From NCBI GenBank assembly GCA_963676835.2, contig CAXXFF010000004.1, positions 288,001-352,000 of the forward strand: DNA of 64,000 nucleotides, in the 5' to 3' direction. Of this stretch, positions 40,362 through 51,160 are shown one piece after another. Made by a program: the position numbers and the translations under genes. The notes under the pieces are model-generated. The model made no database searches. It was given only the letters and a program-made list of their open reading frames with translations, and had not been told where the DNA came from. Within the stretch, counting starts at the first letter, position 1; each line of letters opens with the position of its first letter. The DNA comes from Marispirochaeta sp. (lineage in GTDB: Bacteria; Spirochaetota; Spirochaetia; JC444; Marispirochaetaceae).

Positions 40362-41260
40362 CAGGGGCGCCTTTTGGGCTGATCACCGGGAGCCGGCAGG
40401 GGGGCATCGGCCCGTTCCCGGCCTGTTGGTTTGAGCAGGTACTCCTCGCCTTCGCTTAAGCCGGAGGCAATCAGAATATCACTACCCATGGATCCCCCCG
40501 GAACCACCTCCCTGCGGACATAGACCTGTTTCTGCCGGTCCGCAAGCCAGAGAAAGTTCCGGCCGTATCTGCGGTCCAGGGCATCGGCAGGGACAAAGAA
40601 GCCGGTAAGGGTATCTGCGGGCAGATCCACCAGCACAAAGGTTCCGGGATGAAGATCCGGAGAAGGGGGAAAATCAAAACGAAGACTGTACAAACCGGTA
40701 CTGTAATCCGGTTCGGGGCTGCGGTTTGTCAGGGTACCGGAAAAGAGCAGTCCCGCAGCAGTTCCGGCCTGGACCTTCTGGCCCAGGGCTACTTTATAGG
40801 CATCCTTGTCGCTTATCTGGGCTTCGAGAATATAGCCGGAGCGGCCGATGACGGTTACCAGGGACTCCCCGTCGGAAACCTCCTGCTCCGGTTCTGCCTG
40901 AACCGCGGATATTGTACCGGCTATGCGGGACCGTACCGCCGCGAGACGGAAGGACTGTCCGGCTTCACTGCGGTCGACTGAGAACAGCAGATCACCTTCG
41001 GCCACCCCGTCGCCGGGGGAAACAAACACCTCCCGGACAACTCCGGCGGCAGGTGAGCTGTGCTCAATGCTGGCAGCAGGCCGGAGCCTGCCGCCCACCT
41101 GAATCATCCGGCTGCGGGTTGTTTTTTCCGCAGGAGCAAACAGTGCGGGAACTCCTCCGGGACGTCCCGGCCCGCCCTCCTGGGCGGAAACAGCGTAAAG
41201 GCAGATAAACAAGGCAGCTGCCGCAAAAACGGCACTACGCAGATTTTTCAGGTTTTTCAT
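40361..41260 (-). CDS. RND periplasmic adaptor (MFP)
   Basis: Signal peptide, lipoyl-like G.V....V.PGD.V..GD; coupled to RND gene. Confidence 0.85.
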   Translation of the reverse strand: MKNLKNLRSAVFAAAALFICLYAVSAQEGGPGRPGGVPALFAPAEKTTRSRMIQVGGRLRPAASIEHSSPAAGVVREVFVSPGDGVAEGDLLFSVDRSEAGQSFRLAAVRSRIAGTISAVQAEPEQEVSDGESLVTVIGRSGYILEAQISDKDAYKVALGQKVQAGTAAGLLFSGTLTNRSPEPDYSTGLYSLRFDFPPSPDLHPGTFVLVDLPADTLTGFFVPADALDRRYGRNFLWLADRQKQVYVRREVVPGGSMGSDILIASGLSEGEEYLLKPTGRERADAPLPAPGDQPKRRP

Positions 41261-41279
41261 TGTTCTACATCCAGTTTTA

Positions 41280-42473
41280 TCAGGAGAGTGCGTACTCCTT
41301 CATCAGACCCAGTCCACGGTTAATAAGATCTACATCAATTCCGGAATAGGCAAGACGAATATAGCGGCGGGTTTCTCCCGGAAGTTCCCGTCCGAAATGC
41401 AGACGGGTGCAGAAACTGACACCGGTTTTGTGCAGCACATCCTTGCGGAAAGCCTCATAATTATCAAAGCCCTTTGCAGCCATAAGCTCGGTAACTTCGG
41501 GATAAAGATAGAACGTAGCCTCCGGGCGATAGCAGCTTACCCCGGGGATGGTATTGAGAAGATCAACCGCAGCATCCCTCCGGCCTTTGAGCACCTGGAT
41601 AATCTCCTCTGAACCGGACTGGTCACCTTTCAGAGCTTCAATGGCTGCAATCTGAACAAAATGGTTGGAACAGGACTCATCGTTAAGGTTCAGCTTGGCA
41701 ATCACATCTATAATATCAGCGGGACCTATGGCAGCGCCGAGACGCCAGCCGGTCATGGCAAACTTCTTGGAGAAGGTATAGAGCATAACACAGCGCTCTT
41801 CCATGCCGGGAAGCGAAACAAGGGAGCGCGATTTGCCGGAATAGCGCATATCAAAATAGGCTTCATCACAGAGAACAAGAAGATCGTGACGGATTACAAA
41901 GTCGGCAATTGCCTTGAGCTCTTCTTCCGAGGCTTCGGCACCGGTGGGGTTCTGAAGATCGTTGAAGATAAGCAGTCTGGTTTTGGGAGTAACCGCTTTC
42001 TCAAGGGCTTCCATATCCAGGGCAAAATTGTCCTTTCCAGGCAGGAAACCGTAAGGGACCGCCTTGCCGCCATGAAATTCAATCTGGGATTCATAGATTG
42101 GGTACCCCGGATTCGGGTAGAGCACTTCATCGCCTGGGTTCATAAGGGCGAGAATAAATTTTCCTATTACCGGTTTGCCCCCGGGCTGAACAGCCACACT
42201 GCCGGCAGTATAGGATGTGCCGTGGCTGGCATTAATATCTGCAGCAAGGATTTCCCGCAGTTCCGCGATTCCTGCATTGGGCGCATACCCGGTCTTTCCA
42301 TCCATCATGGCTTTAGAGGCTGCTTCAATTATATTTTCCGGAGTCCGTATATTGATATCTCCAAGGTGGAAAGGGTAAACAGTATTGCCGCCGGCACCAA
42401 AGGCTCTTGCCTCAGCTGAAACCTCAAAGGCTGTTTCTGTCCCGAGGCGCTGTATTCGTTGCGCTGCTTTCAA
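41280..42473 (-). CDS. PLP-dependent aminotransferase class I/II
   Basis: QNPTG, DEAY, TFSKKFAMTGWRLG. Confidence 0.93.
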   Translation of the reverse strand: MKAAQRIQRLGTETAFEVSAEARAFGAGGNTVYPFHLGDINIRTPENIIEAASKAMMDGKTGYAPNAGIAELREILAADINASHGTSYTAGSVAVQPGGKPVIGKFILALMNPGDEVLYPNPGYPIYESQIEFHGGKAVPYGFLPGKDNFALDMEALEKAVTPKTRLLIFNDLQNPTGAEASEEELKAIADFVIRHDLLVLCDEAYFDMRYSGKSRSLVSLPGMEERCVMLYTFSKKFAMTGWRLGAAIGPADIIDVIAKLNLNDESCSNHFVQIAAIEALKGDQSGSEEIIQVLKGRRDAAVDLLNTIPGVSCYRPEATFYLYPEVTELMAAKGFDNYEAFRKDVLHKTGVSFCTRLHFGRELPGETRRYIRLAYSGIDVDLINRGLGLMKEYALS

Positions 42474-42675
42474 AGTGGTGTCTCCTTAAAATAAATGAAA
42501 AGTGGCTTCATTATGCACGGTTAAAAGAGTGTTAGCAATCCAAATATTCTGCATACAAATATGAACTATTTAGTAGCGATTATTGACAGCATAACCGGCA
42601 CATCGTATTATTCGAAGTGCGGGACCATTTCTTTACAGGAATATCTCAAAATAAACTTACACAGGAGAGTAACTA

Positions 42676-43197
42676 ATGAGTAAGACACAGGAAAACCTGG
42701 CATCTGCATTTGCCGGAGAATCCCAGGCACGGAACAAATATACCTTTTATGCTCAGGTAGCACGCAAAGAAGGTTATCACTATATCGCAAAGATTTTCGA
42801 AGAAACCGCTGACAACGAAATGCGTCATGCCAAAGACGAATTCAAGATGATGGGCGGACTGGGCGATACAGCAAGCAACCTGAAGGATGCAATGGACGGT
42901 GAAAACTACGAAACCACCGACATGTACCCTAACATGGCTAAAGATGCAGAAGCTGAAGGCAACAAGGAAGCTGCAACACTCTTTTCCCAGATTGCCAAAG
43001 TAGAAGCACACCACCGCGACCGCTACGGAAGACTCCTTGATATGGTTAAAAACGACACCGTTTACAAGAGAGATTCTGCGATTGCATGGAAGTGCGGAGT
43101 TTGCGGATACATCTACGAAGGTACCGAGCCTCCAGCAAAGTGCCCCTGCTGCAAGCACCCCAAAGAGTACTACGAGCCTGCAAATCTGGACCTATAG
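42676..43197 (+). CDS. rbr: Rubrerythrin
   Basis: [14 protein letters not shown] pairs, WKCGVCGY...CPCC. Confidence 0.95.
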   Translation: MSKTQENLASAFAGESQARNKYTFYAQVARKEGYHYIAKIFEETADNEMRHAKDEFKMMGGLGDTASNLKDAMDGENYETTDMYPNMAKDAEAEGNKEAATLFSQIAKVEAHHRDRYGRLLDMVKNDTVYKRDSAIAWKCGVCGYIYEGTEPPAKCPCCKHPKEYYEPANLDL

Positions 43198-43217
43198 GCC
43201 GAATTCAGGTTAATATG

Positions 43218-43248
43218 AACCCGGTACATTAAGTGCCGGGTTTTTTTT
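43218..43248 (+). terminator. Intrinsic terminator after rubrerythrin
   Basis: AACCCGGTAC-ATTAA-GTGCCGGGTT plus T-run. Confidence 0.85.
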
Positions 43249-43332
43249 GTCCTTTTTTATAGGGAAATTTTAATAGGGAAAAGGCCAGAAAAGTATTTAT
43301 TTTTAAGTAACGCAAAATAGAGGAATTATAGT

Positions 43333-43743
43333 ATGAAAAAAATTCTACTGTTCCTGCTGGTAGCCCTGCTGCTTGCATCCTGCGCTTCTGCGCCGGAAAC
43401 CGAACCTGCTCCATCATTTGACATCAGCGGATTTAAACAGAAGGCGGACGACGCCAAAGCCCAGGCAGACAGCCTTAAAGCCGTAAAAGGCGCCCCCGAA
43501 AGCTACGCTGAAGCCCAGGCCCTGTATACCGAAGCGGAAAATGCCGCAGCCGCTGAAGACTGGGAAACTGCACAGAAGAAATACACCGAGGCGGAAGCAG
43601 CCTTTACCAAAGCCTTTAAAGAGGCGGAACAGAACAAGAAAGATGCCCAGAAAGCCCTGGAAGAAGCACTGCAGGCCATTTCGGCGGTTGAAAAGAACGC
43701 CGATGATGCCCGTAAAGAAGCCGGGATAGAAGGAGAAGAGTAA
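43333..43743 (+). CDS. Alpha-helical lipoprotein (DUF4398-like)
   Basis: Lipobox LAS-C; Ala/Glu/Lys-rich. Confidence 0.75.
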   Translation: MKKILLFLLVALLLASCASAPETEPAPSFDISGFKQKADDAKAQADSLKAVKGAPESYAEAQALYTEAENAAAAEDWETAQKKYTEAEAAFTKAFKEAEQNKKDAQKALEEALQAISAVEKNADDARKEAGIEGEE

Positions 43744-44453
43744 TGAAAAAGCTGATCTTTTCTCTCTTCATGCTGCTTACAGCATCCCTGCTCTTTTCCC
43801 AGAGCCTGAAGGATAACCCCGATTACCGCGAGTCTGTCCGCTATAAGGGCCTTGCAGAAGCAGCTATTGAGGAAGGCGAATACAAGCAGGCAAAAGAGTA
43901 CGCGGAGCTTTCCGCTGAATATGCCCGCAAGTCTGATGAATACGTAGCCTTCATGCTGGCGAAGTACCGGGCAAACTCCCTGCTGCAGAGAGCAGCATCC
44001 CTGCAGGGTCAGGTGGAACGTTCGGGCCGGATACAAGAAGACCCCGCGGTTTTTGCCGAGGCGAAGGCTCTTATAACTGCAGCGGGAGAATTTTACAGCA
44101 ATGATGACTTTACCCTGAGCGCCGACAATAGCCGTACAGCCATTGCTATGCTGGAGGAGACCTTCGGCGGCCCCAGGGCTCAGACAGGTTCTGTCAGCGG
44201 ACTTCCCGCCTCCTACCTGGTACGCAAAATCCCCGGAAATGAAGACTGCTTCTGGCGTATTGCAGGATACGACTTTGTTTACGACAATGCTGCCGGCTGG
44301 AAACCCATATATGAGGCAAACAGGAGTAAACTTCCTGAACCGGGAAACCCGGACCTTATCCTTCCGGGCATGGTGCTGGACATTCCCTCCCGTCCGGGAG
44401 AGACCCGCAGCGGAGTATGGGTAGACGGAGAAATCCGCGCAAGCTATCCATAA
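43743..44453 (+). CDS. Secreted protein with C-terminal LysM domain (treponemal TmpB-like)
   Basis: Y.V.....DCFWRIAG...IYEANR...NPDLILPGMVL.IP. Confidence 0.8.
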   Translation: MKKLIFSLFMLLTASLLFSQSLKDNPDYRESVRYKGLAEAAIEEGEYKQAKEYAELSAEYARKSDEYVAFMLAKYRANSLLQRAASLQGQVERSGRIQEDPAVFAEAKALITAAGEFYSNDDFTLSADNSRTAIAMLEETFGGPRAQTGSVSGLPASYLVRKIPGNEDCFWRIAGYDFVYDNAAGWKPIYEANRSKLPEPGNPDLILPGMVLDIPSRPGETRSGVWVDGEIRASYP

Positions 44454-44456
44454 TCA

Positions 44457-45221
44457 GTGTTCCGCAGCGGCAGTTATCTTTTCGGCATAAAGGAGAAGGA
44501 ACCCGGGTATCGCTACTCTACCAATGAGTATGATATAAGCCAGGTTATTCTGGTTACCCGGGGAACCCTCCTTTTCGAATGCAGTCAGGGAAGGGAAGAG
44601 ATTGGAGCTCACAGTTTCTGTTTTCTTCCTCCCGGCTCCTCCTTTACATTAAGCTGCAGAAACGAAGGCTACAAAGGTATTGCATTTGAGATGTGGGAAC
44701 CGGAAGCCCCGGCATTGCCGCCGGCGGCCGGAGTATATCAGGCCGATCAGCGGATGCAGCTCCTTGCCGGCTGGGCGGAGGAGGAATACCGCAAATCCCC
44801 GACAATAGATACATCCCTGCTCATGGATATATGCCGGCTTATCTATACAAGCGGAAGATCGATCCATGTGTCCGCCACCGCATCCGCACCTTCCCGGGTG
44901 GAGGAATACCATACAGCCAGGGCGGCACAGCTGCTGAAGGCCCACGCATCGAGCGGCAAATCCGTTACCGGGATTCTTGAACCGCTGCCCATAAGCTACC
45001 GTCATCTTTCCCGTTATTTCAAAAAAGAGACAGGTGTGACGCCTAAGCAGTACCGCCACAACTGCCGCATGGAACTGGCAAAAGAATACCTTGAACATAC
45101 GAACATGCCCCCTTCCGCCATCGCCGCGGAGCTCGGATTTTCATCTTCCCAGCATTTCAGCAGTTCCTTTCTCTCTTTTACCGGTCTTTCTCCGGTAAAA
45201 TACCGAAAATCAATTCAATAA
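44457..45221 (+). CDS. AraC-family regulator
   Basis: HLSRYFKKETG.TP, IAAELGFSSSQHFS. Confidence 0.9.
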   Translation: MFRSGSYLFGIKEKEPGYRYSTNEYDISQVILVTRGTLLFECSQGREEIGAHSFCFLPPGSSFTLSCRNEGYKGIAFEMWEPEAPALPPAAGVYQADQRMQLLAGWAEEEYRKSPTIDTSLLMDICRLIYTSGRSIHVSATASAPSRVEEYHTARAAQLLKAHASSGKSVTGILEPLPISYRHLSRYFKKETGVTPKQYRHNCRMELAKEYLEHTNMPPSAIAAELGFSSSQHFSSSFLSFTGLSPVKYRKSIQ

Positions 45222-45348
45222 AAACCAGTCTGTACTTGTATAAAAACCGGACATGAATTATCCCTTAAAGTCTCTTTTCCCAGACCTCTCTGGTATAATG
45301 ACCTTTGTACAGCAGACTTAATACCATGGTTTCAGGAGCAGAGAGAAT

Positions 45349-46083
45349 ATGATAACAATCGATCTGACAGGAATGCGCGGCATTGTTACCGGCGCATCCC
45401 GGGGAATAGGTGCAGCCATTGCAGCCGCCCTGGTAGAGGCAGGCGCGGAGGTTCACAGCCTGTCCCGCTCACTGCCGGAGGAAAAAACAGATAACATTAA
45501 TTATCACCTCTGCGATATCACCGACCGGGAAAAAACTTCCGGGCTTATTCAGGAAATAGGCAGTGCCGGAGGCATCGATTTTCTAATTAATAATGCAGGG
45601 CTTACTTTAAGAAAACGGGCGGAGGATCTGGAAGATTCCGAATGGGAGAGTATAAGCGCCCTTAATATCGACGCCCTCTTCTTTCTCTGCCGGGACTGCT
45701 ACCCTTTCCTGACAAAGTCTCCCTTTACCGGCAGGATTCTCTCCATCTCCTCCATGGCCGCCTATAAGGGTTTCTCCGAGGTTGCCCCCTACTGCATTAC
45801 CAAAACCGCTGTGACAGGCCTTACCCGGTCCCTTGCTTCAGAGTGGGCACAGGATAATATCCTGGTAAACTCCATAGCCCCGGGCTGGTTCCCCACGGAA
45901 CTTACCCGCCAGGTAATGGACAACGACCGCAAGGCAAAGATTCTCTCCCGCATTCCCATGGGCCGTTTCGGCGACCCCGCCGAGCTTGCACCCATGGCGG
46001 CTTTTCTGCTGAGCCCTCTCGCAAAATATATAACCGGACAGGATATCGCCGTTGACGGCGGAGCCCTGGCGTTCGGCTACTGA
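45349..46083 (+). CDS. SDR oxidoreductase
   Basis: TGASRGIG, NNAG, YCITK. Confidence 0.9.
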   Translation: MITIDLTGMRGIVTGASRGIGAAIAAALVEAGAEVHSLSRSLPEEKTDNINYHLCDITDREKTSGLIQEIGSAGGIDFLINNAGLTLRKRAEDLEDSEWESISALNIDALFFLCRDCYPFLTKSPFTGRILSISSMAAYKGFSEVAPYCITKTAVTGLTRSLASEWAQDNILVNSIAPGWFPTELTRQVMDNDRKAKILSRIPMGRFGDPAELAPMAAFLLSPLAKYITGQDIAVDGGALAFGY

Positions 46084-46108
46084 TACAGTAATAACCAAGG
46101 AGTAAACC

Positions 46109-47194
46109 ATGAAAAACAGCTTTAAGGATATTCGCCTTTATAAGGCAGTTTCAACCATAAGCAAACCAATTGCAGATTCCACCCACACCATCAGCACCAT
46201 CGCCTTCAATGTAGTAGAGGTGGAGCTTGAAAGCGGTGTTACCGGACAGGGATATCTGTTAGCTTTCCACTACTCTCCCAACGCCATTGCCGGTGCGTTG
46301 AAAGACATACGCACCCATATTCTCGAAACAGGTTATGAGGTTCAGGAAACTGTACGGCTGACAGAGGACTATACTATTGAAACCGAGTACTTCGGCAGTA
46401 ACGGTCTGCAGAAATGGGCCCTGGCGGCAGTTAACGTAGCCATGTGGGATGCCTGGGCCAAAACTCTGAACACCCCTATCTGGAAGCTGCTGGGTACGGG
46501 GATGAAGAAAATCCCCGTTTACGGTTCCGGCGGCTGGCTCTCCTACTCCGATGAGGAACTCCTGGATGAGGTTCTGGGTTATAAAAAACGGGGCTTTCCT
46601 GCGGTAAAAATAAAGGTGGGTTCAAAACAGGGTGTTGCCCACGACTTGCACCGCCTTAAGAAATGCCGGGAAGCCCTGGGACTGGATGTACGCATTATGA
46701 TGGATGCCAACCAGGGGATGGATGTGCCTTCCGCTATTGAACTTTCGGAAAAGGCAATGGACATTGGTATTCAATGGTTTGAAGAACCCCTGAAGAATAC
46801 CGACTATGCAGGTTACCAGCTGCTTCGGGGGAAATCGGGCATTGCCATTGCCATGGGAGAACGGGAGTACGATACCCAGACGTTAAAGGCCCTTATTGAG
46901 AGGAATGCCCTCGATTTGTGGCAGCCGGATATTATCCGCATCGGCGGAGTTGAAGGCTGGAGGGATTCGGCTGCACTGGCGGTGCAGTACAATATTCCTG
47001 TGCTGCCCCACTACTATAAGGACTACGATGTTCCTCTGCTGTGTACTGTACCTAAGGCCTTCGGGGCTGAGTCTTTCGACTGGATTGACGGGATTATTGA
47101 CAATACCATGCGGATTGAAGATGGCTGGGCGTATCCCCGGGAAGGTGCGGGATGGGGGTTCAGCTTTAAGAAGGAGTTTCTGGAGGAGATTTAA
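46109..47194 (+). CDS. Mandelate racemase/enolase-superfamily acid-sugar dehydratase
   Basis: KIK, MDANQ, WFEEP, GERE, QPD. Confidence 0.9.
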   Translation: MKNSFKDIRLYKAVSTISKPIADSTHTISTIAFNVVEVELESGVTGQGYLLAFHYSPNAIAGALKDIRTHILETGYEVQETVRLTEDYTIETEYFGSNGLQKWALAAVNVAMWDAWAKTLNTPIWKLLGTGMKKIPVYGSGGWLSYSDEELLDEVLGYKKRGFPAVKIKVGSKQGVAHDLHRLKKCREALGLDVRIMMDANQGMDVPSAIELSEKAMDIGIQWFEEPLKNTDYAGYQLLRGKSGIAIAMGEREYDTQTLKALIERNALDLWQPDIIRIGGVEGWRDSAALAVQYNIPVLPHYYKDYDVPLLCTVPKAFGAESFDWIDGIIDNTMRIEDGWAYPREGAGWGFSFKKEFLEEI

Positions 47195-47741
47195 GGTCGC
47201 AAAACGACCGGGGTCTGTTACATGAGATGATATTCACAATTAACTGTTCATTCTTATACAGACCCCAACAAGTTTACCAGGCATCATTTAAACAAGTCCC
47301 ATCCGCCCAGGCCTTGCATCTTTCCACATAGAAAAACCGATATCAGCATTCTATCTTAAATTTTTTAATGGCAAAGCTATTGTTGCAGAGTTATACTGCA
47401 GAAGTATAACTGTAACTTTCCGACTGTTAATACTACATACTAAGGTAAATTATTATGCATAGCGAAGGTTTTTATTTCGTTTTTACCATTCCCAATAACT
47501 TATATATAAAAGTGGTTAAGTGATTATGTTATATACAAAATTTTTCGAAATATGAAGTATTTTCAATCGAGTTTTCTACTGGTGAAAAAAATTGAAGTTT
47601 ATCCTCATTGAAGATATAATTGGATTGAAGTGTGGTTTTCAGACGAATGAAGAACTTCAGGAGATGCAGAACAAACATAGGCTGTTTATAAATTAACCAT
47701 ATATATGATTAATTGGATAATTTCGGGTAAATGGGAATAAT

Positions 47742-48323
47742 ATGAAAAATAAATTACAAGTGTTCGGAATTATAGTGTTGTCTTCTATTATTTCACTGGG
47801 TTGTGTTACACAACAGACATCCGATGAACCTATGTATCCCGTAGAAGAATATAAAATAGAGGACGATTCTGAATGGCAATCGTTAAAAGAAGATGAAAAA
47901 GTCTCGCCGAATGACACAGACGGATTTCCCGAAAATATCTTTGAAGTGGCGTTCGGGAAACTGCTTAATAGTAAGGAAACAACGTTATATTTCTATAAGT
48001 TTAGAAACACTGATGTCGACTTGCGTCAGAACCAGGAAGATGCCGCCCGACATATGTTAAATCTCAAAGAAATTGGCTTTTCTGAAACTATTGATCCCAA
48101 GGCAGCTGATTATATTTTAGAGGCCTCTTTTAAAAGAACTGTTTCAGAAATAAGATCAGGCACCCATAGTATTACAGATAGAGAAATAACTATCAACTAC
48201 AGATTGATCGAAACAGGTGATAGTGTAGTCGTAGCTGAAAACAGATTTTTTCTACGCTATTATATGCTATCAGTAGACTACGAAATTGTAGATGAGATTA
48301 TTGTTCAGAAGATATGGCAGTAG
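47742..48323 (+). CDS. Hypothetical lipoprotein (cassette 1)
   Basis: Lipobox-like SLG-C. Confidence 0.7.
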   Translation: MKNKLQVFGIIVLSSIISLGCVTQQTSDEPMYPVEEYKIEDDSEWQSLKEDEKVSPNDTDGFPENIFEVAFGKLLNSKETTLYFYKFRNTDVDLRQNQEDAARHMLNLKEIGFSETIDPKAADYILEASFKRTVSEIRSGTHSITDREITINYRLIETGDSVVVAENRFFLRYYMLSVDYEIVDEIIVQKIWQ

Positions 48324-48376
48324 TTGAGTAGAATTAAAACGATCAAAACCAAATACATACTTGTTAGATAAATTGT

Positions 48377-48547
48377 ATATAACAAGCAATTGGAGCAGAC
48401 ATGGCTACTGTCATGGTTTGTGCAGTAACGGAAACCAGGTGAATGTAAGTTTCAGGTGATTCCGAGCTGAATCCGTAGTAAAATGGGATAGAGTTACAGC
48501 ACAAACCACGCCAGCTTAACGCCACGCAGCTCAATTGGATGTTATAT
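48377..48547 (+). repeat. attC site 1 (171 bp)
   Basis: ATATAAC-N5-ATTGGAGC...GCTCAAT-N5-GTTATAT. Confidence 0.9.
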
Positions 48548-48606
48548 TTACTTTCAGAAAATTTAGTAGTAAAATATCGGTTGTAAGGTAATAAGGGTTA
48601 GCCGAT

Positions 48607-49536
48607 ATGGATGAAAAGCTTCTATCGAGCATAGAAGGCAAGAAACGAGAACTTGATAAACATAGGCCGCTGAATGCTTCAATCTCGCGGAAATTGCATG
48701 AACAACTCGTATTAGAATGGACATACAACTCAAACGCAATTGAAGGTAATACTCTCAGCCTGCAGGAAACAGAAGTCGTCCTGAATCAAGGCATCACAAT
48801 AGGTGGAAAATCGGTTAATGAACACCTTGAGGCGATTAACCATAAAGAAGGCATTGAATTCCTCAATACAGTTATTCAGAAGAAAGAAGATCTTAGTGAC
48901 AGCATAATCCGTGAATGTCATAGGCTTATTCTCAAAGGAATTGATGATTTAGAAGCTGGTGCGTATAGAAGAACCAATGTAAGAATAGTAGGAGCGCGAT
49001 TGATACCACCTCAGGCAATAAAAGTAAAGCCTAAAATGGAAGAACTCATCGCCTGGTATTATGAAAACCGATATTCAATGCCAATTGCAGTACTTGCAGC
49101 TCAGTTTCATTATAAATTTGTATGCATACATCCCTTTATTGATGGTAATGGAAGGGTAGCACGTCTTCTTATGAACCTTATTCTAATGGCAAATGGTTAT
49201 CCACCAGCAGTAATCTTGAAAGTGGACAGGAAAAAGTATTATCGGGTACTAAATGAAGCGAATACAGGAAATGAGGAATCGTTAGAAGATTTCATAGGAA
49301 AATCCATTGAACGAACTCTTATCATATATCTGAACAGTATTCAGCCGAATACTGATGAAAAACAAGGCTTCATCAATCTTAAAGAAGCGTCACAGTATTG
49401 TGATTACTCCCAGGAATACCTATCTCTTCTCGCGCGAAAAGGTAAACTCTCGGCAATTAAGCTAAATAAGGAATGGGTTACAACCCGTGAAGCGCTTGAA
49501 GAATATGTAAATAGCCAGAATAAGGTGAATAATTGA
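48607..49536 (+). CDS. Fic-family protein with C-terminal HTH-like region (cassette 2)
   Basis: HPFIDGNGRVAR; N-terminal SNAIEGN inhibitory motif. Confidence 0.93.
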   Translation: MDEKLLSSIEGKKRELDKHRPLNASISRKLHEQLVLEWTYNSNAIEGNTLSLQETEVVLNQGITIGGKSVNEHLEAINHKEGIEFLNTVIQKKEDLSDSIIRECHRLILKGIDDLEAGAYRRTNVRIVGARLIPPQAIKVKPKMEELIAWYYENRYSMPIAVLAAQFHYKFVCIHPFIDGNGRVARLLMNLILMANGYPPAVILKVDRKKYYRVLNEANTGNEESLEDFIGKSIERTLIIYLNSIQPNTDEKQGFINLKEASQYCDYSQEYLSLLARKGKLSAIKLNKEWVTTREALEEYVNSQNKVNN

Positions 49537-49541
49537 AAAAA

Positions 49542-49714
49542 ATATAACCAGCAATTGGAGCAGACATGGCTACTGTCATGGTTTGTGCTAATAAAGATAA
49601 GTCTTGAAATGCTCTTTCCAGGTGATTCCGAGCTGAAATCGTAGTAGAATGTATGAGTAGTTGCGGCACAAACCACGCCAGCTTAACGCCACGCAGCTCA
49701 ATTGGATGTTAAAT
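49542..49714 (+). repeat. attC site 2 (173 bp)
   Basis: ATATAAC...GCTCAATTGGAT-GTTAAAT. Confidence 0.9.
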
Positions 49715-50040
49715 CGCCATTGAGAAAATGTATCAGGCCCTGCGCTGAAAACGCATGGAAATGTGGGTCACATGACAGGATAATCGAAATGGTTGGATCT
49801 ACTTGGATTAACAATTTATCGGGGAAGAATAGGGCCCTCCGATTGTTTATGGGCAAGATCCGGGTAAAGGTATAGAGATTTCAGGTGATATCCAGGTAAT
49901 GCACCCGATGAATAAACAAAATGAAAGTTCTGCAAGGGCCATCTTTTTGAATGGTCGTGCGCTTCGAAATCTAAAAGTCATCCAACCTATGGCTTCGTTT
50001 TCCAAGTGCGTTATGTAAGGCATCACAATGTCGGTTTAAC
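49708..50040. other. Gene-less cassette body, copy 1 (cassette 3)
   Basis: Bounded by GTTAAAT and GTTTAAC; no convincing ORF; near-identical to 51154-51486. Confidence 0.8.
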
Positions 50041-50208
50041 CAGCAATTGGAGCAGTCATGCCTATTGTCATGCTTTATGCAATGGAAGGTTGAAAGTGAA
50101 GGGCAAAGAATCCATGTGATTCCGAGCGAAAGTAATTGTATAATACTGGTTATAAAACAGCATAAAGCACGCCAACTTGACGGCATGCAGCTCAATTGGA
50201 TGTTATAT
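50034..50208 (+). repeat. attC site 3 (175 bp)
   Basis: GTTTAAC-CAGCA-ATTGGAGC...GCTCAAT-TGGAT-GTTATAT. Confidence 0.9.
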
Positions 50209-50459
50209 AGGAATCGGGGGTACAGATCAGATTCTGGGTGCCAATTGCACCATTACGCAGTATAAAAAATTACTGTAGGTAAAGGGTTCAGTTGAATTAC
50301 AGAGAAGAAGATTATCGAAACTTAAAAAAGGATTAGATTAACGTTATTGATTATAGTTTTCACTCCTAAACAAACTGAAGAAATGATTTATAAAACTATA
50401 CTATATTTTCAGAATGTTAGTTTCAAACCAGAAATAGAAAATCTAAGGAGAGGTAAAAA

Positions 50460-50972
50460 ATGGAAATCAACATAAATATTGTTGTCGTTCTCGTCGTAAT
50501 ATTTGTAATTGCCTTTGCAGGAAAAATTAAAAAGAATTCAAATAAGGAAGAAGAAAATAACGGAGACAATTCTGAGAAAGCTATTGAAGATGAATTTATC
50601 GATTATAATGATAAATTTACGCAGGCTAATAGAAGCGAACCTGTTATGCCGTTAGTCAGGACCTTTTCTATTGAAGATAAAATGATGCTACGGTCAATGC
50701 TGGATGCTGAGAAAATACCAACATATGTAAAGGGTGAACATGTCAATAACATGCTTCCTGGTATTGGTGTGCAAGGTTATTCAGATAGCATTATCTACGT
50801 ATATAGTAACGACTATGAGGATGCAGAAAGTATTGTCCATGATTATGTTCAAAATTTAATTGATTCGATTGAACCGGAAAGGGAATCAGGATTTGTTGAT
50901 ATTGTAGCTGTAGTAAATACAGCACCAACAAAATATAATCAATACATTCCAGAAATTATAAAAAAGAAATAA
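50460..50972 (+). CDS. Membrane-anchored DUF2007-like protein (cassette 4)
   Basis: N-terminal TM; LRSMLDAEKIP...IYVYSNDYEDA; RBS AGGAGAGG. Confidence 0.7.
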   Translation: MEININIVVVLVVIFVIAFAGKIKKNSNKEEENNGDNSEKAIEDEFIDYNDKFTQANRSEPVMPLVRTFSIEDKMMLRSMLDAEKIPTYVKGEHVNNMLPGIGVQGYSDSIIYVYSNDYEDAESIVHDYVQNLIDSIEPERESGFVDIVAVVNTAPTKYNQYIPEIIKKK

Positions 50973-50989
50973 ATTAAACGCGAGATTCT

Positions 50990-51160
50990 ATATAACCAGC
51001 AATTGGAGCAGTCATGGCTACTGTCATGGTTTGTGCAGTAACGGAAACCAAATGAATGATTATTTCAGGTGATTCCGAGCTGATATTGTAGTAGAATGGA
51101 ACTGAGTTGCAGCACAAACCACGCCAGCTTAACGCCATGCAGCTCAATTGGATGTTAAAT
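50990..51160 (+). repeat. attC site 4 (171 bp)
   Basis: ATATAAC...GTTAAAT; close copy of attC1/2. Confidence 0.9.

Noticed and set aside
47507..47534. dif/Xer site (TTATGTTATAT resembles the XerD arm)
   Set aside because: No XerC arm at 6-bp spacing; the sequence is explained as the first cassette junction.
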